32,000 nt of DNA from assembly GCA_016196885.1 (NCBI GenBank), contig JACPWU010000056.1, forward strand, positions 56,804 to 88,803. The letters are read 5' to 3'. The stretch is from Chlamydiota bacterium. GTDB taxonomy: Bacteria > Auribacterota > JACPWU01. Below the pieces are notes generated by a model. That model made no database searches. It saw nothing but the letters and a program-made list of their open reading frames with translations, and was not told the DNA's origin. Numbering within the stretch: the first letter of the stretch is position 1; every line of letters starts with the position of its first letter. A program made the translations under genes and the position numbers. Positions 1 to 9,406 of the stretch are shown here, in pieces.

Positions 1-199
1 GTGAGAGCTCTCGCTTCTTAATCTTATGGCGTTTGGCCTTTGGGGAAAGAGCCACTTGCTCCATCTCTCGCTCAATGCGAAGAGGGAAAAGGCTCTGATT
101 TTGAAGGGTCAATGCCACACGGTCTTCACTCTCAGCCTCCAGAGTACCGGTCGTCGTCTCTCCTCCAACACCTTTGGCAATGTATTTATAGAGGGGCAT
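1..199 (-). CDS. pilC: Type II secretion / type IV pilus inner-membrane platform protein (GspF/PilC family), N-terminal fragment running off the window
   Basis: Absent from the ORF track because it is open at the window edge. Reverse-strand ATG at 199-197 reads MPLYKYIAKGVGGETTTGTLEAESEDRVALTLQNQSLFPLRIEREME..., a typical GspF/PilC N-terminus. It lies 58 nt downstream of the GspE/PilB gene on the same strand. Confidence 0.75.
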   Translation of the reverse strand, partial: MPLYKYIAKGVGGETTTGTLEAESEDRVALTLQNQSLFPLRIEREMEQVALSPKAKRHKIKKRELS

Positions 200-203
200 A
201 ATT

Positions 204-262
204 CAGTTGTAAGTTTTAAGTTGTAAGTTCTAAGTTTTAAAAACTAAAACTCAAAACTTATA
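204..262. repeat. AT-rich imperfect hairpin built from GTAAGTT/TAAGTTTT words (word family W1), between pilB stop and pilC start
   Basis: Left arm agttgtaagttttaagttgtaagttctaagtttt (205-238) faces aaaactaaaactcaaaactta (240-260). The 12-mer taagttgtaagt (217-228) recurs exactly at 4325-4336. Confidence 0.6.
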
Positions 263-1979
263 TCTGGTTTTCATCTTGACTCACCCGAATCACTTCGCTG
301 ACGCTGGTCAGACCCTTTTTGACTTTCTCCCAGCCATCTTGTCCCAGGGTTCTCATGCCTCTGGCCAAGGCCAGGGCCTTGACTTCATGGGCCGCTCTTT
401 TTTTTACAATTAAATTTCGAAGTTCATCATCCAAAACTAAAAATTCATAAATGGCTGTTCGTCCTTGATAGCCCGTGAATTTACATTTCTCACATCCGTT
501 TCCATCGTACGCCGGCGTAGAAAGTTCCTTCGGCGACAAGCCCAAAATGGAGAGATCCTCCGGTGTCAGCTTGACTTTGTTCTTGCAATGAGGGCAAATA
601 AGACGTACCAGACGCTGGGCAATAATGCATTCCACAGAGGAAGCCACCAAATAGGGCTCCACTCCCATGTCCACCAAACGTGTCACTGCACCGGCCGCGT
701 CATTCGTGTGAAGCGTGCTAAAAACCAAATGTCCCGTCAAGGCCACTCGAATTGTAATCTCTGCCGTTTCAAAATCACGAACCTCTCCCACCATCATAAT
801 ATTGGGATCGTGACGCAACATAGACCTCAAGCCCCGAGCAAACGTTAAATCAATCTTAGGATGAATCTGTATTTGCGTGACCCCTTTAATCAAATATTCG
901 ATCGGGTCTTCAATGGTGATGATTTTCTTTTCCTCATTGTTGAGTTTTGAGAGACAGGCATAAAGCGTCGTTGTCTTTCCGCTTCCCGTAGGGCCCGTGA
1001 CAAAAATAATACCATGCGGCTTTCGAATCATTTTCTCCAAGGTCTCTAGATCAGGAGGTAAAAGTCCCAGGCTTTCCAATTCCAAAAGAACGGTGTGGCT
1101 TGAGAGAAGGCGAATGTTGACGCTTTCGCCATAAGGCGTCGGAAGAATCGAAACGCGCAAATCCAAATCCTCTTCTCCTATTTTAACCTTGATTCTGCCA
1201 TCTTGGGGAAGACGCCGCTCTGCAATATCTAAATTGGCCATGATTTTGATACGCGAAACAATGGAGGAATGAAAGTGACGGATGGTGGGGGGCATAGAGG
1301 CTCGATAAAGAACACCGTCAATGCGGTAGCGGATTCTCAAATCATCCTCAAAAGGTTCTATGTGAATATCCGTGGCTCGATCTTTATAACCCTCATAAAG
1401 AATTTGATTCACAAATTTAACAATCGAGGCATCTTCAGTTCCTTCAACTCCAGAGATTTCCTCCGTCTGAATGGTGGGGGTCTCAATGGCAATCGTAGGT
1501 CCGGATTCATTCAAGAGCTTCTCAACGGTTGCAGCACCGATTCCATAATATTTTTTAAGCGCTTCTTGAATGTCCCTTTCACCGGACAAAACGGGTTTGA
1601 CATCACACTCTAAGGCTAATTTGATCTCGTCTAAGAGCTCGAGATTTTGCGGATCATTGGTGGCAATCACCAATTTAGAACCGCTTATTTCTACAGGAAG
1701 GAATTGATAATGATGCGCAAACTTAGCCGGGACCTTTCCAATAATCTCTCGGTCAATCACCTTATCTGAAAGATGTTGATACGGGATTTTTAAATGATCT
1801 GCAAGGAGAGAAACAATTTTATCCTCTGGGATGTATCCGAGTTTCGCAATGACTTGATCCAATCTTTTGCTGGATTTAATGGCTTCACGAAGAGAAGCAC
1901 GGACGCGTTGCTCGTCCAAAATTTTTTGCTCCAAAAGAAAGCGGCTAAAATCATCATTGTTAAATCGTGTCAAATACAT
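258..1979 (-). CDS. pilB: Type II secretion / type IV pilus assembly ATPase (GspE/PilB family)
   Basis: 573 aa. Walker A GPTGSGKTTT, Walker B/Asp box IMMVGEVRD, His box TGHLVFSTLHTND and a C-terminal tetracysteine CPHC...CEKC. The N-terminal GspE_N-like domain is present and a GspF/PilC gene follows. Confidence 0.95.
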   Translation of the reverse strand: MYLTRFNNDDFSRFLLEQKILDEQRVRASLREAIKSSKRLDQVIAKLGYIPEDKIVSLLADHLKIPYQHLSDKVIDREIIGKVPAKFAHHYQFLPVEISGSKLVIATNDPQNLELLDEIKLALECDVKPVLSGERDIQEALKKYYGIGAATVEKLLNESGPTIAIETPTIQTEEISGVEGTEDASIVKFVNQILYEGYKDRATDIHIEPFEDDLRIRYRIDGVLYRASMPPTIRHFHSSIVSRIKIMANLDIAERRLPQDGRIKVKIGEEDLDLRVSILPTPYGESVNIRLLSSHTVLLELESLGLLPPDLETLEKMIRKPHGIIFVTGPTGSGKTTTLYACLSKLNNEEKKIITIEDPIEYLIKGVTQIQIHPKIDLTFARGLRSMLRHDPNIMMVGEVRDFETAEITIRVALTGHLVFSTLHTNDAAGAVTRLVDMGVEPYLVASSVECIIAQRLVRLICPHCKNKVKLTPEDLSILGLSPKELSTPAYDGNGCEKCKFTGYQGRTAIYEFLVLDDELRNLIVKKRAAHEVKALALARGMRTLGQDGWEKVKKGLTSVSEVIRVSQDENQI

Positions 1980-2053
1980 GATCGCCGGTCACCTTTTTTC
2001 GCCTCTTCTTGAATTGTAACAAGTTAGAGAGAGAATTTCAAAATAAAAAGAAT

Positions 2054-2184
2054 AGGCATATCCACTTGACTCCCCCAGTAGTCGCCCGATTCATCGGGCA
2101 ATCCATGCAAGGGACACAAGGCTGCCCCATAAATGGGGCGACTACAAATTCTTGCTATCTGAGGGGAATCAATGCATATGCCTA
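2054..2184 (-). mobile_element. Type I MITE-like element, copy 1, carrying a REPIN-like hairpin doublet
   Basis: TIRs are aggcatatccacttgactcccc (2054-2075) and ggggaatcaatgcatatgcct (2163-2183). Internal REP-B gtagtcgcccgattcatcgggc lies at 2078-2099 and REP-A (rc) gccccataaatggggcgactac at 2124-2145. A direct repeat aaaaagaat flanks it (2045-2053 and 2185-2193). Confidence 0.8.
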
Positions 2185-2270
2185 AAAAAGAATTCAGAAG
2201 ACAGAATGAATAATGAATAAGGTGCATTATTTATTCTGAATTCTGAATTCTGTCTTCTGAATTCTTTTTC
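2185..2270. repeat. Long AT-rich hairpin built from GAATTCAGA words (word family W2) in the divergent pilB/gmd intergenic region
   Basis: A perfect 23-bp stem pairs aaaaagaattcagaagacagaat (2185-2207) with attctgtcttctgaattcttttt (2247-2269). Imperfect pairing continues toward the loop ggtgcat (2221-2227). Confidence 0.8.
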
Positions 2271-2347
2271 TTTATTCTCTTTCTTTTAAAAATTTCTTGA
2301 TCAGGGGACACTACCCCATTACAATGGCCGCTACAGATGGAGGCAAG

Positions 2348-3358
2348 ATGAGTCAAAAGCGAGCTTTGATCACGGGTATTACGGGGCAGGATGGTTCGTA
2401 TCTGGCGGAGTTTCTTTTGGAAAAAGATTATCAAGTCTATGGGCTGATTCGGCGAAGCAGCACTCCGTCCCTAGATCGAATTCAACATTTGGATGATAAA
2501 ATAGAATTGGTTTCCGGAGATTTGATTGATGAAAATTCTTTGATTTCGGTTCTCCGGGAAACTCGGCCTGATGAAGTTTATAATTTAGCCGCACAATCCT
2601 TCGTTCCTGCTTCCTGGACGCAACCCCTTTTGACAGGCGAAGTGACGGCCTTGGGGGTTGCCCGCATGCTGGAAGCCATTCGCATCGTCAATCCAAAAAT
2701 TAAATTTTATCAAGCCTCCTCGAGTGAAATGTTTGGGCACGTTCAAGAAATACCTCAAACGGAGAAAACACCCTTTTACCCCAGAAGTCCCTATGGAGTG
2801 GCAAAACTTTATGGCCATTGGATCACGGTAAATTACCGAGAAAGCTATCATCTCTTTGCCTGCTCAGGCATTTTATTTAATCACGAATCACCCCGCCGTG
2901 GTTTAGAATTTGTGACACGAAAAATCAGTTACGGCGTTGCCTTGATTAAACACGGCTTGATTCAGGAACTCAGGCTTGGAAATTTGGATGCAAAAAGGGA
3001 CTGGGGTTTTGCAGGGGATTATGTGGAGGCCATGTGGCTCATGCTTCAGCAAAAAGAGCCGAGTGATTATGTGATTGCTACAGGAAGAAATCACTCTGTG
3101 AAAGATTTTGTGGAGCTTGCCTTTAAACATGCAGGGCTCACCTGGAAAAATCATGTCGTTGTAGATCCTAAATTCATGAGACCTGCAGAGGTTCATTTTC
3201 TCTTGGGAAATGCCGAGAAGGGCATGAAGGAATTGGGATGGAGACCCAGAGTGGATTTTGAAGGCCTCGCTAAACTCATGGTTGATTCGGATATAGAACT
3301 GGTGGGACAACTCATTCAACAAAAGGACAGGAGCTTAATTTCAAAGGTTACCCATTGA
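2348..3358 (+). CDS. gmd: GDP-mannose 4,6-dehydratase
   Basis: Motifs [31 protein letters not shown] (YxxxK) and the hallmark [11 protein letters not shown] prefer the ATG at 2348 ([10 protein letters not shown]) with GGAGG at 2338-2342 over the track's upstream TTG at 2297. Confidence 0.93.
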   Translation: MSQKRALITGITGQDGSYLAEFLLEKDYQVYGLIRRSSTPSLDRIQHLDDKIELVSGDLIDENSLISVLRETRPDEVYNLAAQSFVPASWTQPLLTGEVTALGVARMLEAIRIVNPKIKFYQASSSEMFGHVQEIPQTEKTPFYPRSPYGVAKLYGHWITVNYRESYHLFACSGILFNHESPRRGLEFVTRKISYGVALIKHGLIQELRLGNLDAKRDWGFAGDYVEAMWLMLQQKEPSDYVIATGRNHSVKDFVELAFKHAGLTWKNHVVVDPKFMRPAEVHFLLGNAEKGMKELGWRPRVDFEGLAKLMVDSDIELVGQLIQQKDRSLISKVTH

Positions 3359-4338
3359 ATATTCTCATCACCGGTGTTTCAGGTTTTGCTGGCAGCCATT
3401 TGGCCGAATACATTGCGGGGCATGTCCCTTCCGCGGTGAAAATTCACGGGACCTACTTTCACTTGGAAGAAGCAAAAAAAAATTTAGGTCCTCTCTTTTC
3501 AAAACTCAAACTTTTTCATTACGACACGTCTCATCCTGAAACAATGGCGAAGATTCTTCGGGAATCCAGTCCTGAGATTATTTTTAATTTGGCCGGAATT
3601 GCATATGTTCCTGATGCAGAAAAAGACAAGTTCTTAACCTACCAGATCAACACCCTCAGTGTGGATAACCTTCTTGAAGGCGTTTCTAAAATTTGCCCTG
3701 GAGCAAAGATGATCCTCATCAGTTCGAGTGAGGTCTATGGCAAAGTCAAGCCCGATGAAACACCCCTTACTGAGAAGCATCCGGTCAATCCTCACAATAT
3801 TTATGGAGCTTCGAAGGGGGCCATGGAACTCATTGGAAGATATTACTTCAATCATTCAGGCTTACAAATCATAACACTCAGGGCTTTTAATCACGCGGGA
3901 CCCCGCCAGTCAGACCGATTTGTCATTTCTAATTTCTGTAGGCAGGCAGCAAAAATTAAATTGGGAATCTCCAGCCCCCGCTTAGAAGTAGGGGACCTTG
4001 AACCCCAGAGAGATTTTACAGATGTCCGAGACGTGGTACGAGGTTATTGGAATGCGGCGATCAGAGGAAAAGTAGGAGAGACCTACAATCTTTGCTCTGG
4101 TAGCGCTCATTCTATTAAAAAAATAGCTTCCATGATTGCACCATTGGCTGATCCTTCCATTGAAATTTTTCAGGATCCTACGAGACTGCGCAAAAGCAAT
4201 CTGCCGTTGCTGTTAGGAAGCTTCCAAAAATTTCAAGCGGATACCGGCTGGAAGCCAGACATTCCTCTTGAGAAAACCCTGCAAGATGTTTTCGAATTTT
4301 GGATGAAATATGAAAAAGCAGTCGTAAGTTGTAAGTAA
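3355..4338 (+). CDS. NAD(P)-dependent SDR epimerase/reductase, probably GDP-4-keto-6-deoxy-D-mannose reductase (Rmd-like)
   Basis: 327 aa with [15 protein letters not shown] glycine-rich loop, SSSEVYG and YGASKGA (YxxxK). The TTG start overlaps the gmd stop (TTGA at 3355-3358). The exact sugar specificity is inferred from adjacency to gmd only. Confidence 0.75.
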   Translation: MNILITGVSGFAGSHLAEYIAGHVPSAVKIHGTYFHLEEAKKNLGPLFSKLKLFHYDTSHPETMAKILRESSPEIIFNLAGIAYVPDAEKDKFLTYQINTLSVDNLLEGVSKICPGAKMILISSSEVYGKVKPDETPLTEKHPVNPHNIYGASKGAMELIGRYYFNHSGLQIITLRAFNHAGPRQSDRFVISNFCRQAAKIKLGISSPRLEVGDLEPQRDFTDVRDVVRGYWNAAIRGKVGETYNLCSGSAHSIKKIASMIAPLADPSIEIFQDPTRLRKSNLPLLLGSFQKFQADTGWKPDIPLEKTLQDVFEFWMKYEKAVVSCK

Positions 4339-4370
4339 ATCACGTCTACCCTCCATCCTCTTAATTTATC

Positions 4371-4400
4371 TTGACTCTTTTTGAGATGGAATGTCATAAT
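4371..4400 (+). promoter_or_regulatory. Sigma70-like promoter candidate for the pyrophosphatase gene
   Basis: TTGACT (4371-4376), 18-nt spacer, then TGtCATAAT (extended -10, hexamer 4395-4400). This lies about 57 nt upstream of the ATG at 4457. Confidence 0.45.
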
Positions 4401-4456
4401 TCGTCCACGTTTTTCCTAGACAAAAACCAATCAAAATAAAGAAGAGCCCGCTTGAT

Positions 4457-6988
4457 ATGAAAAATTTAAAAAATAAGCGTAAACTTTCGACTTTTTCCCT
4501 TTTTGTCATCAGTCTGGTTTGGATAGGTCTTTACATTTATCCAAATGTTTTTGGAGAGTCCTCTTCAGGGGGAACCCCTCCTTTTGCATTTTTTTCCTTC
4601 ATGACCAATCCCCATTATACCTCCGTTGAGCGTGTTCTCCTCTGGAGCATTTTGGGGGTCGCGATTTCAGGCCTTCTTTACGCCCTCATGCTGGTAGGGC
4701 AGGTTCTTCGTGCTGAAAGAGGCACTGAAAAAATGATTCAGGTCGCCAAGGCGATTCGAGATGGAGCCAATGCCTACTTGATCCGACAATTTAAAACCAT
4801 TGCTCTTCTCATTGTTGTCCTCACCGTGGCCCTCTATTATACGGGGCTGGGTGCAGGAACCCATGTAGCCATTGGGAGGGCTTTTGCGTTCTTAATGGGG
4901 GCTATTTTTTCAGCGATGGTCGGCTGCGTAGGAATGAACCTTGCCGTACAGGGAAATCTCCGCGTGGCGGCCGCCTCTCGAAAAAGTTTTGGAAATGCAC
5001 TTCAAATTGCCTACCGCACGGGCACGATTACGGGCATGCTGACCGATGGTTTGGGACTTTTGGGCGGCACGGTGATTTTTATGGCCTATGGTGAAAAGGC
5101 TTATGAAGTTCTTTTAGGATTCGGCTTCGGAGGAACCTTGCTGGCCCTTTTCATGAGGGTAGGCGGCGGCATTTACACGAAGGCAGCAGATGTGGGGGCA
5201 GACATCGTTGGAAAAATTGAAGCTGGAATTCCGGAAGATGATCCCCGAAATGCGGCGACCATCGCTGATAATGTGGGAGACAATGTCGGAGACTGTGCAG
5301 GAATGGCGGCTGACATTTTTGAATCTTACGAAGTGACCATTGTTGCGGCCATGATCTTGGGATACGCATCCTTCGGACATAAAGGTGTGATTTATCCGCT
5401 TTTGGTCCGTGCGATTGGTGTTTTCTCTTCTATTATAGGGACCTATCTTGTGAAAGCGGGTGATAAGGGTAAAGCCTCTGACGCCATGAAAGCCATTAAC
5501 GTAGGCTTTTGGGTGTCTGCTGCGATTTCCATTGTAGGGTTTATGATTCTTGGATTTTTATATTTGAGATTTGATCCCGCTTATCTCTTGACCTGGAAAA
5601 TTCCAAGTATGGAAAACGCATCCTTTTGGATCACGCTTGGACAGTCAGGCCTCGACATGAGGCCGGTGTGGACGACCTTGATTGGAATTATTCTCGCCAT
5701 TGTCATTAACCGGGTCACCGAATATTTCACAGGAACTGATTTTTCCCCTGTCAAAAGCTTGGCTCGTTCTTGTCAAACAGGTCATGCCACCAATATCATC
5801 TCGGGCTTCGCAGTCGGCTATGAATCCTCTGTATGGGCTGTTCTTGTAATTGCAGGTGCCATTCTCGGCTCTGTTCTTGTTTACGGGGGGGCCAGTGCCA
5901 CCTTTGTCGCCTATGGCGTAGCCATGTGCGGTATTGGGATGCTAACCCTGACGGGAAATAACATTTCCATGGATGTGTTTGGCCCTGTCGCAGACAATGC
6001 AAATGGGATTGGTGAAATGTGCCATCTTGAAAAAGAGGCGCGTCAGACTTTGGCAGATTTAGATGCGGTTGGAAACACCACCAAGGCTATTACGAAAGGA
6101 GTCGCCATTGGCTCTGCTGTCATTGCCGCTGTCTCTCTCTTTAATTCTTATATCACAACGGTTGCCTCGGGTGGAGGAGGGGAGACCGCCATCGTCACGG
6201 AAGCCATGAAAGAGTTCGTCTCACAACTATTAACCGTTGCAGATCCCAAGCTTTTTATCGGGCTCTTAATCGGAGGTGCTATTCCCTTTCTCTTCTCATC
6301 ACTCACCATCCGAGCTGTTGGACGAGCAGCCTTCTTGATTGTCAAAGAAGTTCGTACCCAATTTAAAATCCCGGGCGTTCGAGAAGGAACTGTCACGCCC
6401 GATTACGGGAAAGTTGTTTCCATTTGTACTAGAGCTGCTCAAAAAGAATTGATCGGGCCCGGGCTCTTGGCCGTATTCACACCCTTAATTGTAGGTTACA
6501 GCTTGGGAGTGATTGGACTCGCAGGTTTTCTTGCAGGTCTCATTCTCTGTGGGCAGCTTTTGGCCGTATTCATGGCCAATGCCGGCGGAGCCTGGGACAA
6601 TGCCAAGAAAACCATTGAAGATGGTCTTTACGGAGGTAAAGGCTCTGAAGCCCATAAAGCCTCTGTCACAGGAGATACAGTTGGAGATCCCCTCAAAGAT
6701 ACCGCAGGCCCTGCGCTCAATCCCTTGATCAAGGTCATGAACATGGTCAGTCTCCTTAGCATTCCCCTGATTCTGCCTTACGATCGCCATATCATCGGGC
6801 TCATGAATAAATTTGCCACAGCACGCCAAATGCATGATACGGCAGGAAACCCCTTGGTGTTCAATCATGTTACCATGGGCCCTGCGGTCTATATTGGCCT
6901 GGCGGTTGCTGTTCTTGCCTTGGTCTGGACCCTTTGGAATTCCAAACGCGAGACGGCTGAGATGAAGCAAATGGATTTGGCGAAATAG
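4457..6988 (+). CDS. hppA: Membrane-bound proton-translocating inorganic pyrophosphatase (H+-PPase), K+-independent signature
   Basis: 843 aa, polytopic. Motifs GGGIYTKAADVGADIVGK, DNVGDNVGDCAGMAADIFESY and DTVGDPLKDTAGPALN. GNTTKA (Lys rather than Ala) is the signature of K+-independent enzymes. The start is uncertain: an alternative Met sits at codon 49 (nt 4601). Confidence 0.93.
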   Translation: MKNLKNKRKLSTFSLFVISLVWIGLYIYPNVFGESSSGGTPPFAFFSFMTNPHYTSVERVLLWSILGVAISGLLYALMLVGQVLRAERGTEKMIQVAKAIRDGANAYLIRQFKTIALLIVVLTVALYYTGLGAGTHVAIGRAFAFLMGAIFSAMVGCVGMNLAVQGNLRVAAASRKSFGNALQIAYRTGTITGMLTDGLGLLGGTVIFMAYGEKAYEVLLGFGFGGTLLALFMRVGGGIYTKAADVGADIVGKIEAGIPEDDPRNAATIADNVGDNVGDCAGMAADIFESYEVTIVAAMILGYASFGHKGVIYPLLVRAIGVFSSIIGTYLVKAGDKGKASDAMKAINVGFWVSAAISIVGFMILGFLYLRFDPAYLLTWKIPSMENASFWITLGQSGLDMRPVWTTLIGIILAIVINRVTEYFTGTDFSPVKSLARSCQTGHATNIISGFAVGYESSVWAVLVIAGAILGSVLVYGGASATFVAYGVAMCGIGMLTLTGNNISMDVFGPVADNANGIGEMCHLEKEARQTLADLDAVGNTTKAITKGVAIGSAVIAAVSLFNSYITTVASGGGGETAIVTEAMKEFVSQLLTVADPKLFIGLLIGGAIPFLFSSLTIRAVGRAAFLIVKEVRTQFKIPGVREGTVTPDYGKVVSICTRAAQKELIGPGLLAVFTPLIVGYSLGVIGLAGFLAGLILCGQLLAVFMANAGGAWDNAKKTIEDGLYGGKGSEAHKASVTGDTVGDPLKDTAGPALNPLIKVMNMVSLLSIPLILPYDRHIIGLMNKFATARQMHDTAGNPLVFNHVTMGPAVYIGLAVAVLALVWTLWNSKRETAEMKQMDLAK

Positions 6989-6997
6989 CGTTTTGTG

Positions 6998-7026
6998 TTG
7001 ATTTTTCCCTCACTTTTGTATAGAAT
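6998..7026 (+). promoter_or_regulatory. Sigma70-like promoter candidate upstream of receiver gene 1
   Basis: TTGATT (6998-7003), 17-nt spacer, TAGAAT (7021-7026). It would leave a very short leader before GTG 7036 or ATG 7045, so the promoter, the start, or both are uncertain. Confidence 0.3.
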
Positions 7027-7035
7027 AGATCTCTG

Positions 7036-7413
7036 GTGACTGCGATGAAAAAGCGTCAAAAAAGAATTCTTATTATTGACGATGATCAAACCATCGCTCT
7101 GATTCTCAAAGAATATTTGGAAAACAAGAGTTATTTTGTCTCTTACGCCACGCAAGTTTCGGATGTGGAGGGCCTTGTCTTAAAAGAAAAACCAAACATC
7201 ATCTTCTTAGATTACCGCATGAGCCCACTCACAGGAAAAGACATCTTAGAAAGAATCAGCCTTTTGAGGGAACCTGTTCCCGTTGTCATGATGTCCGCTT
7301 ATCGAACTCGGGAAGGTCTCTTCGAAGTTCAAAACCTAGGGGCCATTGATTATATCAGCAAGCCCTTTGATTTCGAAGAAATAGAATCTCTTCTCAACCG
7401 CGTCCTCCCTTAA
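7036..7413 (+). CDS. Single-domain response regulator (CheY-like receiver)
   Basis: 125 aa with acidic pocket ILIIDDD, phospho-acceptor context IIFLDYRM, MMSAY and SKPF. There is no output domain. An alternative ATG start lies at 7045. Confidence 0.85.
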   Translation: MTAMKKRQKRILIIDDDQTIALILKEYLENKSYFVSYATQVSDVEGLVLKEKPNIIFLDYRMSPLTGKDILERISLLREPVPVVMMSAYRTREGLFEVQNLGAIDYISKPFDFEEIESLLNRVLP

Positions 7414-7500
7414 ACTTCTGCGTTTCTACGATCACTTTTCACCGCAGAGACCCAGAGGAAAGATATTATCTCTAAAATTCAGTTGTAAACACCCCCACTT

Positions 7501-7666
7501 TTTTGCTATGAAAGTGAGGCTCATTTTGTAGTCGCCCCATTTATGGGGCGGTCTATGACATTGGGGCATTTGGCATTGCCCGATGAATCGGGCGACTACA
7601 AAAAAAGCATGATTGGGAGAACTTTCATCGTACACGATGATCTCGAAAGATCATTAAAATTGATAT
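7501..7666 (+). mobile_element. Type II MITE-like element, copy A, carrying the same REP doublet in a different carrier
   Basis: REP-A is at 7528-7549 and REP-B (rc) at 7578-7599, with a 28-nt spacer. The flanks ttttgctatgaaagtgaggctcat and aaaaaaagcatgattgggagaactttcatcgtacacgatgatctcgaaagatcattaaaattgat match 22163-22301 almost position for position. Confidence 0.8.
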
Positions 7667-7692
7667 AAAAAACAAAGGAACCAGGAGAATTT

Positions 7693-8073
7693 ATGTCTAA
7701 AAAGAAAATACTTGTTGTAGATGATGAGCCCAACATTCAAAAAATGTTGAGAACGCTTCTTGAAATTAACGACTACGAGGTGGAAACCGTTTCAAATGGG
7801 GGAGAGGCCATTGATCGGGTCAGACTCGAGGCGCCTGATTTGGTTTTGCTGGACTTGGTCATGCCCAAAGTAGATGGGTATAGGGTGCTAGAGACTTTAA
7901 AAAAGGATAAGGAAACAAAAGATGTTCCCATTATTCTTTTCACGGCCGCACCCCCTGAAGTTGCTGCAAAAACAGGGACTTCGGCTGTGGATGCGGTAGA
8001 CTATGTTTTAAAACCTTTTGACCGCGTCACGCTCTCTTTTCTTCTAAAAAGAATTAAAGAATTAACCGCATAG
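7693..8073 (+). CDS. Single-domain response regulator (CheY-like receiver)
   Basis: 126 aa with ILVVDDEP, LVLLDLVMPKVDG, ILFTA and LKPF. There is no output domain. Confidence 0.88.
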   Translation: MSKKKILVVDDEPNIQKMLRTLLEINDYEVETVSNGGEAIDRVRLEAPDLVLLDLVMPKVDGYRVLETLKKDKETKDVPIILFTAAPPEVAAKTGTSAVDAVDYVLKPFDRVTLSFLLKRIKELTA

Positions 8074-8091
8074 GAGTAACCATCTTAGGTT

Positions 8092-8421
8092 ATGAGTACA
8101 CAAATTAATAACACGCAAGATTTTGACAATGCCGTTCTCAATTCCAAAAAGCTTGTTTTGGTAGATTTCTGGGCTCCTTGGTGCGGTCCCTGCCGAGTGG
8201 TAGGTCCTGTGCTAGAAGAAATTTCAAAGGAGCTTTCGGAAAAGGTTGAGGTGGTGAAGATCAATGTGGACGAGAGCCAAGAACTCGCGGTTCGTTATGG
8301 AATCATGAGCATTCCGACGCTGATTCTTCTGAAAAATGGTAAAGTCATTGACCAGTCCATAGGTGCCTCTCCCAAAAATAAATTGGTCCAATGGATCAAT
8401 TCCGCATCGGATAACAAATAA
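8092..8421 (+). CDS. trxA: Thioredoxin
   Basis: 109 aa with active site WAPWCGPC and typical thioredoxin length and layout. Confidence 0.95.
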   Translation: MSTQINNTQDFDNAVLNSKKLVLVDFWAPWCGPCRVVGPVLEEISKELSEKVEVVKINVDESQELAVRYGIMSIPTLILLKNGKVIDQSIGASPKNKLVQWINSASDNK

Positions 8422-8437
8422 AACTCTTTGCCTCTAA

Positions 8438-9370
<933 letters not shown>

Positions 9371-9405
9371 AAAATACCAAAAATCAAATATCAAAAATCA
9401 AAATT
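9371..9405. repeat. Solo AT-word block (ATCAAAA family, W3) between mdh and the TPR lipoprotein gene
   Basis: aaaataccaaaaatcaaatatcaaaaatcaaaatt closely resembles the left arm at 12217-12252. I found no partner arm nearby. Confidence 0.6.
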
Positions 9406-9406
9406 A

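Noticed and set aside
465-1613. Antisense ORFs inside pilB (465..848, 1269..1613)
   Set aside because: They lie opposite strongly supported motif-bearing genes, and their composition is typical of antisense frames. The same applies to ORFs inside gmd, hppA, mdh, the TPR genes, the aldehyde dehydrogenase gene, glyA, the ppiD-like gene and others.
2297-2347. Upstream alternative-start extensions given by the ORF track (2297, 10855, 13106, 21525, 22322, 27841)
   Set aside because: In each case an internal ATG with a better RBS or a stop-start overlap (ATGA), plus the canonical family N-terminus, argues for the shorter gene.
2024-2434. Track ORFs 2024..2227(-) and 2231..2434(-) in the pilB/gmd gap
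   Set aside because: They read through MITE copy 1 and the W2 hairpin. The peptide motifs (SRPIYGA, PDESGDYWG) are just translated REP hairpins, and there is no RBS.
7432-7635. Track ORF 7432..7635(-), with similar ORFs at 16268..16474(+), 16897..17124(+), 27505..27804(-) and the 5' part of 27615..27830(+)
   Set aside because: All are translations of the MITE/REP repeats, with recurrent SRPIHRA, PDESGDYK and HKWGDY strings. They are likely to seed false hypothetical-protein families.
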